Made by a program: the position numbers and the translations under genes. A stretch of 36,358 bases of DNA, taken from NCBI GenBank assembly GCA_027482685.1, contig JAIXVU010000002.1, forward strand, positions 85,352 through 121,709, written 5' to 3'. This DNA is from a bacterium. GTDB taxonomy: Bacteria > Patescibacteriota > Minisyncoccia > Phycocordibacterales > UBA5272. Positions 22,789 to 31,164 of the stretch are shown in pieces. The notes beneath the pieces are model-generated. The model ran no database searches and was not told where the DNA came from. It saw nothing but the letters and a program-made list of their open reading frames with translations. Positions within the stretch are counted from its first letter, which is position 1. Each line of letters opens with the position of its first letter.

Positions 22789-23757
22789 ATGTCAGAGGAC
22801 GAGAAAAAGAGAGAGAAAAAGAAAGGTTTTAGTTTGCCAGACGTTGCAGTACTCCGTGGAGGCTCACGGGATTTTAAGCGTTCTTTATCTGAAGGGGCAG
22901 AAGTCCTCCAATCACTTACTAAGCTCGGACACGCACCGCTTGATGTTCTTATTTCAAAAGACGGGGAGTGGACATTAAGTGGTCGCCCAACAGATCCACA
23001 CTACATCTATACTCGTTCACATACTGTTATTGATACCACTCGCATGAAAGGAGGAGAGTACCAAGACCTCGCACGCAAGATGGGCATCTCGCTTATTTTT
23101 TCAGAAGGGGATGCTGTTACTATGACACGTGAGGACATGTATCGTATCTTGCGCCAGCAGGGGTTCACTGTTCCTGCTACACGTATCATACGCGCATCAC
23201 AACCGTTTAACGAGGCAACACTTCGTGATATATGGTATTCATTCCACACACCACTTATGGTGAGGCCGCTTGTTCGGACAGAGAATGTGAAGTCAAAGTT
23301 AATAACAAGTTTTATTGATTTAGAAAATACGCTTCGAGACTATCATGCGAGGGGAATTGACGTACACGTCTTAACATATCAGAAAGCTCCGACATCATCC
23401 GTCGCTGCCATCCCTAACTTCCGTGGAGAGGAAGTATATACCCCGCTTTGGGTAGAGACATTTGATGGTGTAAAAGAAATACCCCACGCACAATCTCGCG
23501 TACGAGCGTATACTCATGTGCCAGAGTTTAGAAAGAAGCAAATGAAGGAACTTGTAACAGAGGTGTACAAAGCTCTCGGCCTGCAAGTACCAGCTGTAAT
23601 AGATGTTATCCCACGCAAGTACGACTACATGGTAGTAAACGTGGAGACGTCACCATCACTCCGTAAGGATGGTCGCTTCATGCAGTCACTTGAGACAACA
23701 GGAGTTGATATCGGGCAGTATATTCATACGTATATTAAAGATGAACTCTCGCGATAG
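22789..23757 (+). CDS. D-alanine--D-alanine ligase-like ATP-grasp protein (divergent)
   Basis: The 322-aa product has a Ddl-like N-terminus (VAVLRGGSRDFKRSLSEGAEVLQSL) and C-terminus (VVNVETSPSLRKDGRFMQSLETTGVDIGQYI). The central nucleotide-binding motifs are eroded. Confidence 0.6.
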   Translation: MSEDEKKREKKKGFSLPDVAVLRGGSRDFKRSLSEGAEVLQSLTKLGHAPLDVLISKDGEWTLSGRPTDPHYIYTRSHTVIDTTRMKGGEYQDLARKMGISLIFSEGDAVTMTREDMYRILRQQGFTVPATRIIRASQPFNEATLRDIWYSFHTPLMVRPLVRTENVKSKLITSFIDLENTLRDYHARGIDVHVLTYQKAPTSSVAAIPNFRGEEVYTPLWVETFDGVKEIPHAQSRVRAYTHVPEFRKKQMKELVTEVYKALGLQVPAVIDVIPRKYDYMVVNVETSPSLRKDGRFMQSLETTGVDIGQYIHTYIKDELSR

Positions 23758-23846
23758 AAATATTATTGGACTAGTACTCGGACTTCCGATACTGGTTGTC
23801 ATCATATATTTTTTGATTACATAGTAAAGAGTTAGTAAACAAAAAT

Positions 23847-23909
23847 GAGGGGCGGTTTTTACTTTTAGTGGCGTGCAAAGCACGCCAATAAAAGTAAAAA
23901 CCGCCCCTC
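23847..23909. terminator. 63-nt near-perfect two-tier hairpin between convergent genes
   Basis: The 20-bp arms gaggggcggtttttactttt and aaaagtaaaaaccgcccctc enclose tggcgtgc-aaa-gcacgcca. Confidence 0.6.
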
Positions 23910-24012
23910 TGGTAAGTACGGCGGTTTCTACTTAACTTCTTTCTAGTATTAAAATACTTTTTTGAAGAGACGTCTTTGTTTGATGCGTGTGCGGTTGTTT
24001 CAAGGGCTTTAA

Positions 24013-24324
24013 CTATGCAACAACTTTTTTGGTAGCTGCTTTCGTTACCGTCTTTGACTTCGCCGCGTTGTTAGCAATCTTTTTTCCTGTTACAGAACTA
24101 GGTTGCTTCCCAGTTGTTTTTGAAGCCGCATCTGCTTTTTTATCGGCATCGACGAGAACGGCGCTACTTACCCATTCTGCTAGCTTCTTTGCAGCAGCCA
24201 TGGCGGTTGCTTTCTTACTGTATCCTTCGGATGCAGCAACTGGCTCGCCATTCTTCGCAAGGAGGCGGAATCGGTAGTGACCTTTCTTGTCTTGATAGAC
24301 TTCAAGGATTGTCGTCTTTGACAT
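24013..24324 (-). CDS. YegP/DUF1508-like small protein with Lys/Ala-rich C-terminal tail
   Basis: I moved the start to ATG 24324 (MSKTTILEVYQDKKGHYRFRLLAKNGEPVAASEGYSKKATAMAAAKKL, the YegP repeat). The tail reads ..KKADAASKTTGKQPSSVTGKKIANNAAKSKTVTKAATKKVVA. Confidence 0.7.
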   Translation of the reverse strand: MSKTTILEVYQDKKGHYRFRLLAKNGEPVAASEGYSKKATAMAAAKKLAEWVSSAVLVDADKKADAASKTTGKQPSSVTGKKIANNAAKSKTVTKAATKKVVA

Positions 24325-24429
24325 TCTTTTTCTATTTTTAAAGCTGATAATGAAACAACTGTCTACCAAATAGTGTAGCAGTACTTCATGCTATACTCAA
24401 GTTAAATAGTAGAAGTTATTCACATATTG

Positions 24430-25272
24430 ATGAAAGATTTGAAACGAACTGTAAGCAAGACCGCTCAAAGTAAAAGAGAGAATAAAAAAATTGAAGCGTT
24501 TATTACATTAGTGCTTAAAGAATATACTCTTTACGGAAGACATGATTTGCCGTGGAGGAAAAGTATAACACCGTACAAAATACTTGTGAGTGAAATTATG
24601 CTACAGCAAACACAAGTAAGTCGTGTTACTGAGAAGTTTACAATGTGGGTGAGTGTATACCCAACACTTAGAGCCCTCTCATTCGCATCACTGAAAGATA
24701 TTCTCATACTATGGCAAGGTCTTGGTTATCAACGTAGAGCAAAGGCACTCTACACCATCTCGCAAACAGCGACACGTGTACCATTAACATTTGATGAGTT
24801 GATTTTGCTACCAGGGGTGGGTAAATATACCGCATCAGCAATATGCGCATTTGCATATAATACATTTACTGAACCAGTGATTGAGACTAACATCCGTACC
24901 GCAATCATCGAGTATTTTTTTAGTGAGCAAGAAAGTATTGATGATAAAGATATCGCAGGTATCTTACAGAAACTACATATGAATCATAGAGTAGTACAAG
25001 TAGGTGCACGTATATGGTACTACGCATTAATAGATTATGGCGCAAATCTTAAAGCAAAAGGTGTATCTCATAACACAAAAAGTAAGCATAATCATAAGCA
25101 GTCAGCGTTTACAGGCTCACTTCGGCAGGTGCGAGCTAAGGTGCTTTTTGCAATTACTCACGACAATGAAATACCAGAGGATGAGCGAGCAGATATAGTA
25201 ATTCTTCAATTGATACAAGAGGGTTTTATTATCAAAAGCACTATAACTAAAAGTGGTTATCAGATTATGTAA
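24430..25272 (+). CDS. MutY-like HhH-GPD adenine DNA glycosylase lacking the Fe-S cluster loop
   Basis: The 280-aa product has LPWRKSITPYKILVSEIMLQQTQVSRV, WQGLGYQRRAKAL and LPGVGKYTASAICAFAYN. A TGcTATACT promoter lies at 24389-97. Confidence 0.75.
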   Translation: MKDLKRTVSKTAQSKRENKKIEAFITLVLKEYTLYGRHDLPWRKSITPYKILVSEIMLQQTQVSRVTEKFTMWVSVYPTLRALSFASLKDILILWQGLGYQRRAKALYTISQTATRVPLTFDELILLPGVGKYTASAICAFAYNTFTEPVIETNIRTAIIEYFFSEQESIDDKDIAGILQKLHMNHRVVQVGARIWYYALIDYGANLKAKGVSHNTKSKHNHKQSAFTGSLRQVRAKVLFAITHDNEIPEDERADIVILQLIQEGFIIKSTITKSGYQIM

Positions 25273-25954
25273 TGTTACATTCAGTTAACAAAGTATGTAT
25301 TTGTTTATCTGTTAGTCTATGAATAGAGCCGACCTTAAGACCATGAAGCACAAAAGACATAATACGAATGCGCTTAAGTGATACCACAGTTAAGTTAAGG
25401 GCATTTAACATGCGACGGATTTCGTGCTTTTTTCCTTCAGTTAGAATTATCTTGAGCGAATATCCTTCGTTATAAATTGACACCGATTTAACAGGGGCGT
25501 ACTGCGCTTCTTGAGTATAGATACCTTTTTTAAGAAGGGTTACAACGCGCGGAGTTGCTTTTTCGCGAATGGTAACATCATATTCTTTTTCTCTTGCATA
25601 TTTTGGATTAAGGAGTGCATCCGTAACACGGTAGTCATTTGTATAAAGTAGTAAGCCCTCGCTTTCTTTATCAAGTCGCCCTATTGGCTCGCATCCTGGT
25701 AAGTCCTTGTGATGACCGGTTACCTCTCCCCGTGGTTTATGGTAGAGAGCGTACAGAGGGTCTTTGATCATATGCTCTACTTTAATAATGTCATTATGTT
25801 TAACAAGAGCACCAAGCAAAGCCGTTTTACCATTTATAAGAACTTGCTTGTTGGCAATATAATCATCAATAGTACGACGTGAACCAACCCCATGATCACG
25901 CAGGAAAACATTGATACGAATTGGTTCTTTGGATGTTGATTTAATTTCTTTCAT
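25265..25954 (-). CDS. Pseudouridine synthase, RsuA/RluB family, with S4 RNA-binding domain
   Basis: The 229-aa product has an S4 domain (IRINVFLRDHGVGSRRTIDDYI..VLINGK) and the catalytic motif GRLDKESEGLLLYTND. Confidence 0.88.
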   Translation of the reverse strand: MKEIKSTSKEPIRINVFLRDHGVGSRRTIDDYIANKQVLINGKTALLGALVKHNDIIKVEHMIKDPLYALYHKPRGEVTGHHKDLPGCEPIGRLDKESEGLLLYTNDYRVTDALLNPKYAREKEYDVTIREKATPRVVTLLKKGIYTQEAQYAPVKSVSIYNEGYSLKIILTEGKKHEIRRMLNALNLTVVSLKRIRIMSFVLHGLKVGSIHRLTDKQIHTLLTECNIT

Positions 25955-25960
25955 GGTAGT

Positions 25961-27130
25961 TTATCGCGTGTCTTTAAGCGGGAGAACATATGAGATGCAC
26001 CATAGGATAACAGACCCTAAGATGATGAAAATAATCTCAGGATTATCTACAAGAAGTGGGCTTATCAATATACCAACCGCACCTACGGCAATTGTAGCAC
26101 TTGCTCTTGTGTTGGAGAAGAGTGCAGTAAGGGAAGCATCTTCTGGATTAATTTTTTTGAAGTAATATGTGAAAGCCATAGTCTCAACACATGCAGCTCC
26201 TATACGAGATGTTATTAAGATGGCGATCCATATAAGAGGGTTAGATGATTTTACAATTACAAAAAGGAATGTAGTAAACGCAAGAAGACAAAGACCCCCA
26301 ATAAGAATCTCCTTTTCTCCAAATTTTTTATCTGCAAGATATCCAAGTTCATATGGCAATAACACAAGAGGAAGAAGTGCAAATGGTAGGATAACACCTA
26401 AGTATACGCTAAGAGGTATGCCGAGAGCATTTAAGTATATTGATGAATAGATAATCATTACTGCGTAAAAACACTCCATGATGAATGCGGTAACTAAAAT
26501 AGCTTTTAGATTTCTATTTTTCCATACCTTTTTTAATGCCCCAATCGTATCAATACTATGCGTTGCTGGCTGTTTTATATGCTTAAAGAAATGATGGACG
26601 AGAAATAAGAAGGGTATAAGGGTAAATGCTGCCAAAAGATATAGGATACTAAAAGAATATTTTTCAAGAACAAAACCACCTATTGCTGGAGATATAAGGA
26701 TTCCAACATTAAGAAGCGTCAAAAACATCCCTCGGATACTTCCTGTATTTGCTTGTTTACTAAAACTCTCCACAAAAACATTTAAGATAACATACAGTAG
26801 TGTTTGAAGAATAAAGTGTGTGATAAAGAAAAGAACTAAAAAGTATGGGTTGTTTGTAGCACCAAATAGTGTGATTGATATAATTTCTGCAATTGTAATA
26901 ATGATTGCAAAGGTTTTTGTATGAAACTTATGTATATATTGAGAGATATGTATAGATGAAAGTAATGCACCTATACTACCTACCATGTAGAGGAGGCTGA
27001 TAATTGATGTTCCAAAATACTGATTAAGGTATATTGATGTAGCGTATAGGGGAATACCATAATGCAGGGCATATAGTAAAGTAAGTACATAGGTTACAAT
27101 TAGTAACTTCTTTTTACGAGTGTCGTCCAT
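25961..27130 (-). CDS. MFS-type transporter
   Basis: The polytopic product has about 12 helices. I moved the start to ATG 27130 (MDDTRKKK..) because TGcTATACT (27148..27140, minus strand) ends 9 nt upstream. Confidence 0.75.
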   Translation of the reverse strand: MDDTRKKKLLIVTYVLTLLYALHYGIPLYATSIYLNQYFGTSIISLLYMVGSIGALLSSIHISQYIHKFHTKTFAIIITIAEIISITLFGATNNPYFLVLFFITHFILQTLLYVILNVFVESFSKQANTGSIRGMFLTLLNVGILISPAIGGFVLEKYSFSILYLLAAFTLIPFLFLVHHFFKHIKQPATHSIDTIGALKKVWKNRNLKAILVTAFIMECFYAVMIIYSSIYLNALGIPLSVYLGVILPFALLPLVLLPYELGYLADKKFGEKEILIGGLCLLAFTTFLFVIVKSSNPLIWIAILITSRIGAACVETMAFTYYFKKINPEDASLTALFSNTRASATIAVGAVGILISPLLVDNPEIIFIILGSVILWCISYVLPLKDTR

Positions 27131-27213
27131 ATAGTAATGAGTATAGCAAATAACCACACAGTTTGACTGTGAGTAGTAAGCACTGCTGAATCTTTAGTTA
27201 GCAGATAAATATT

Positions 27214-29085
27214 TTATACACTTATAATAACTGGGATGATAACAGGACGTTTTGCGGTTTTCTGGAGCAAGAATTTTGTAGTTGCTTCAGCAATATCTTG
27301 CTTCATTTGATCCAGATTAGAGTATCCTCCACGAGCAAGTGAGTCATCTATTACTTTCTTTGTGAGTAAGCGTGTTTGGTAAAGTAGATCTTGAGACTCT
27401 TTTAGATACACAAATCCACGAGAAATAAGATCAGGGGATTTTTTAAGTTGATGTGTGTGGCTATCAATAACACCAATAACAACAAACATCCCATCTTCAG
27501 CAAGAGTTTGCCTATCGCGCATCACAACATCTTGTATTTTACCAACAGACGTTCCATCAACCACAATCATTTCACCAGGTGCTTTTTCTTTTAGTGATAT
27601 GATTTTTGTTCCACCTTCACGAATTTCAATAAGCATTCCGTTATCCGGAATGACAATATTTTCTTCTAGCATACCAAGTTTACGTTCTAGATCAGCATGC
27701 ACACGAAGCATGTAGTGATAACCGTGTACCGGTATGAAGAACTTAGGATGAATCTTACGATGTATCCATAGAAGCTCATCAGCGTTAGCATGTCCTGATG
27801 AGTGAACGTCAGAGGTTTTGTAGTGTATGAGATGTGCTCCTTGGCGAGAGAGTTTATCTTTGAGGTTTTGTACAGCTCGCTCGTTCCCAGGAACAACAGA
27901 TGATGACATTAGAATGGTATCACGTGGGGTAAGGCGAACAAACTTATGTGTTTTACTTGCAATACGACCAAGAGCTGCAAACTCTTCACCTTGTTGCCCT
28001 GTTGCTAGGATAATAAGTTTGTTTTCAGGGTAGCGCACCATGTCTTCACTTGGGATAAGTGTCTCAGGTTTAACTTTAAGCATATTTGCAAGCTTAGAGA
28101 TTTCTACGTTAGTCTTCATACTGCGACCTTCAATGATTACTTTCTTTCCATAACGTTCTGCAGTTTCAAGCATGAAGAGCATACGTTCAACTTGGGAAGC
28201 AAAGGTGCTGATGATGAGTCGTCCTGGTGTATCACGAATAATAGCTTCTATATTTCTATATACAACAGCATCAGATATAGAAAAACCAGGATTTTCACAG
28301 TTAGTAGAATCTGCCATAAGAAGAAGCGTATTGCGATTTTCAAAAGTCTTATAACGATCTACTTCGTCATCTGTTGGGATTCCATCATTATGCTCAAGTC
28401 GTAGGTCACCAGTGTGAACAATGTCACCGTATGGTGTTTCTATAATGATACCCATTGAGTCTGGGATGGCATGTGTTACTCCGAAGAACCTTACTTTAAG
28501 ATCACCAAGTGTTACGGTATCACCTCGTTCAACAACATTAATTGTAAGAGGAGAGAGATGCGGGAACTCCTCTTGACGTTTCTTAATCATAAGTGACGTG
28601 AATAGTCGTGCATATATTTGAGGGTTTCCAATACGTGGCATGATATATGGTATCGCACCTATGTGATCAAGGTGACCATGAGTCACAAGAACAGCTTTTA
28701 TCTTGTGTTTATGCTCCTCAAGGTATCTTGTATTAGGGAGTATAAAATCAATACCAGGAGTGTTTGTTTCAGTAAACTGTACACCACAATCTACAATCAC
28801 GATTGAGTCCTTATACTCAATCATGCTCATATTTCTACCTATCTCTTCTACACCACCTAAATGAATAATACGAATATCACCATCTTTAAGCGGAGGGAGA
28901 TGGTCCGTTTCTCGTTTAGTAGAAACAGTTGTATCAAATTTTGGTCCAACCATAGATCGTGGCGGGCGAGAGTTACGTGATTTGTTCATATATGTTCGTT
29001 CTGGTTTTTTTATAATAGACTGCTGAGATTCTTCTGGTCTAGAGATTATTTCTTCTCCTGTTGTATTAGTTAATGGTGTAGACAT
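27214..29085 (-). CDS. rnj: Ribonuclease J (metallo-beta-lactamase / beta-CASP)
   Basis: The 623-aa product has the HGHLDH motif (VLVTHGHLDHIGAIPYI), beta-CASP segments (LLMADSTN, SSGHANADEL) and a disordered basic N-terminal extension. Confidence 0.92.
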   Translation of the reverse strand: MSTPLTNTTGEEIISRPEESQQSIIKKPERTYMNKSRNSRPPRSMVGPKFDTTVSTKRETDHLPPLKDGDIRIIHLGGVEEIGRNMSMIEYKDSIVIVDCGVQFTETNTPGIDFILPNTRYLEEHKHKIKAVLVTHGHLDHIGAIPYIMPRIGNPQIYARLFTSLMIKKRQEEFPHLSPLTINVVERGDTVTLGDLKVRFFGVTHAIPDSMGIIIETPYGDIVHTGDLRLEHNDGIPTDDEVDRYKTFENRNTLLLMADSTNCENPGFSISDAVVYRNIEAIIRDTPGRLIISTFASQVERMLFMLETAERYGKKVIIEGRSMKTNVEISKLANMLKVKPETLIPSEDMVRYPENKLIILATGQQGEEFAALGRIASKTHKFVRLTPRDTILMSSSVVPGNERAVQNLKDKLSRQGAHLIHYKTSDVHSSGHANADELLWIHRKIHPKFFIPVHGYHYMLRVHADLERKLGMLEENIVIPDNGMLIEIREGGTKIISLKEKAPGEMIVVDGTSVGKIQDVVMRDRQTLAEDGMFVVIGVIDSHTHQLKKSPDLISRGFVYLKESQDLLYQTRLLTKKVIDDSLARGGYSNLDQMKQDIAEATTKFLLQKTAKRPVIIPVIISV

Positions 29086-29095
29086 AGTTATAGTG

Positions 29096-30826
29096 TTAAT
29101 GAATAATGTTTTGCAGTATCTCTATACTTTTTTTACTGTATGTTGATAACCATACTTTCTCTGTATATCTATACCAAGTTGGTATTAAAGAGAATCGAGA
29201 AGAACTGTCTGCGCTACTTTCTGGAAGCTGTGTTCTTACTTTATCGTTGGTAACATAGATAAGTGATGGAGCGAAAAGGAATATCCCTGGCACCTCTTCC
29301 TTAAATTCTTTTTTTACAGCGTCATAAGCACTTATTCGTGCAAGCTCATCACCGCTTTCTCGTAATATCTCTAGATTAGCATCAAGTTGCTTACTTACAT
29401 AATTTGAAATATTGAGCCCTGGGTACGTGCGTTGACTTGAGTGCCAAAATGCATAGAGATCAGAAGGGTTCTGAGTGATTGATCCAAACAAGAGAACTTC
29501 GAAGTCACGGTTCTTAATGATGGTTTGATTAAGGTCAGGGACTTCGTATATAAGAAGAGATGTCTTTATACCAAGTGCTTCCCAGTCACGCTGTATCTGT
29601 TCTGCGATTTGTCGCATTTCATCCGTATTTGCTGTTGCAATTGTAAGTGTGATACTAGAAGAAGCATTTTCAGCTTTCTTATATGTGCTACTTTTTTCAA
29701 GTAGTTCTTTTGCAAGGGTCGGATTATAACTATTCTCGTATGGCGCATCGTCAAATGGATATGGTCCATCAACAATCTTTCCATAACCCAAGAGTACATC
29801 TTTCAAAATTTTTTCTTTATCTATTGAAGCCTCAAGAGCAAGACGTACATTTTTTTCTGATAGAAATTGCGCTTTATTTGGATTAAAGAAAACAGTAAAT
29901 GTTCTCGGCAGAGGCATTTTTCTAATGCTACTGGTTGCAATATTGAGTGTTACAACTTTTGGAGGGGCTATGCCATGAGCACGACTAATATCACCATTTG
30001 CGAGTGCTTGAAGTAAGAATTTCTCATTTTGATAGGTGTCTATAGTCATAGTCTCAAGGTATGGTCTACCAAGTGTATAGTCTTTGTGAGCTGTTAATGT
30101 GAAAGATACAGGTATACCTGAATCACGTTTAATTAGTTTTATTTTGTATGGGCCGCTACCAACTGCGTTAATATTAAGATCACTTAGACTTATTTGCTCA
30201 TCTGTTAAATCTTTCCACAAATTTTTTTGAAGAATTCCTATAGAAAGGTTATCCATAAAGAAGGGGTAGGGCTTTTTAAGCGAAAATACTAATGTAGTTG
30301 AGTTTATTTTTTCTAGCGTTACTCCTTCCCATTCAACACGATGCGGACTTTTGATATTTGGGTTTTGAATGAGAGATATTGTATAAATAATATCATCAGC
30401 AGTAACAGGGGACCCATCGTGGAACTTTGCGGAAGTTTTTATACTAACTGTATATTTTAGAGAGTCCTCGCTTGTAGAAATAATATCCGCCATATCAAGT
30501 ACACTTTTCCCGGAGGAATCTTTTTTTGTCAGTCCCGCATAAACAAGAGATGTCATATCTTTATCTTGGTCGGTCACCGCAAGAACGGGATTTATGAATC
30601 GTGGAGTTCCTATAATTCCCTCAGATATTTGACCTCCATATGTTGGTACTGTAGTTAAGAAACGTAGATTAAAAACTGCAACTCCTGCAAAAATCAGAAC
30701 TAAAGAAATAAAAATAAGTAACCAAACAATAAGAACCTTCTCTGGGGAGAGTGTCCTGTATACACTTCTAACAGAAGAGAAGTTTATTGTCTTTTTTCTT
30801 GAGGATAAATTAGATGTGGTGTCCAT
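29096..30826 (-). CDS. ABC-transporter substrate-binding protein, family 5 (oligopeptide/nickel type), membrane-anchored; no permease or ATPase genes adjacent
   Basis: The 576-aa product has an N-terminal TM anchor (VLIVWLLIFISLVLIFAGVAVF). SBP_5-like segments are present (AKFHDGSPVTADDIIYT, GSGPYK). Confidence 0.8.
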   Translation of the reverse strand: MDTTSNLSSRKKTINFSSVRSVYRTLSPEKVLIVWLLIFISLVLIFAGVAVFNLRFLTTVPTYGGQISEGIIGTPRFINPVLAVTDQDKDMTSLVYAGLTKKDSSGKSVLDMADIISTSEDSLKYTVSIKTSAKFHDGSPVTADDIIYTISLIQNPNIKSPHRVEWEGVTLEKINSTTLVFSLKKPYPFFMDNLSIGILQKNLWKDLTDEQISLSDLNINAVGSGPYKIKLIKRDSGIPVSFTLTAHKDYTLGRPYLETMTIDTYQNEKFLLQALANGDISRAHGIAPPKVVTLNIATSSIRKMPLPRTFTVFFNPNKAQFLSEKNVRLALEASIDKEKILKDVLLGYGKIVDGPYPFDDAPYENSYNPTLAKELLEKSSTYKKAENASSSITLTIATANTDEMRQIAEQIQRDWEALGIKTSLLIYEVPDLNQTIIKNRDFEVLLFGSITQNPSDLYAFWHSSQRTYPGLNISNYVSKQLDANLEILRESGDELARISAYDAVKKEFKEEVPGIFLFAPSLIYVTNDKVRTQLPESSADSSSRFSLIPTWYRYTEKVWLSTYSKKSIEILQNIIH

Positions 30827-30864
30827 AGAGGAGTCCCTCTACATATCTATTGATACAGTTTTAA

Positions 30865-31086
30865 TTAGTTGAAGAAAATAGGATACGCTACAGTCGCAAC
30901 GAAAATGAACGCCGTGGCGATCGTTAGCTGATGGAGAGACTTTTCTGCACCACGCTTTTCTACACTAAAACTTGTGCCACCATCTTGGCCAAAAGCACCA
31001 GAAGCATCGGTATTTGCACGTTGTAATAGTACAAGTACGACAAGAAGGATGGCTAAACTTAATTGCACAATAGATAGCAGTAGCAT
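30865..31086 (-). CDS. secG: Preprotein translocase subunit SecG
   Basis: The 73-aa product has two TM helices and LLVVLVLLQR..GAFG, typical of SecG. TGgTAGTAT (31101..31093, minus strand) ends 6 nt upstream of the ATG. Confidence 0.75.
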   Translation of the reverse strand: MLLLSIVQLSLAILLVVLVLLQRANTDASGAFGQDGGTSFSVEKRGAEKSLHQLTIATAFIFVATVAYPIFFN

Positions 31087-31164
31087 TGCTTTATACTACC
31101 ATATCTTTTACGTGCATGCAAAATGAAGTGTTGAAATGGTTGTGAATTAAGATCATTAAGAAGA

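Noticed and set aside
25265-25272. The convergent mutY-like and pseudouridine synthase genes overlap by 8 nt with no terminator between them.
   Set aside because: The overlap is real in the sequence (cagATTATGTAAtg holds both stops). It is a common consequence of genome compaction and not evidence of a special mechanism.
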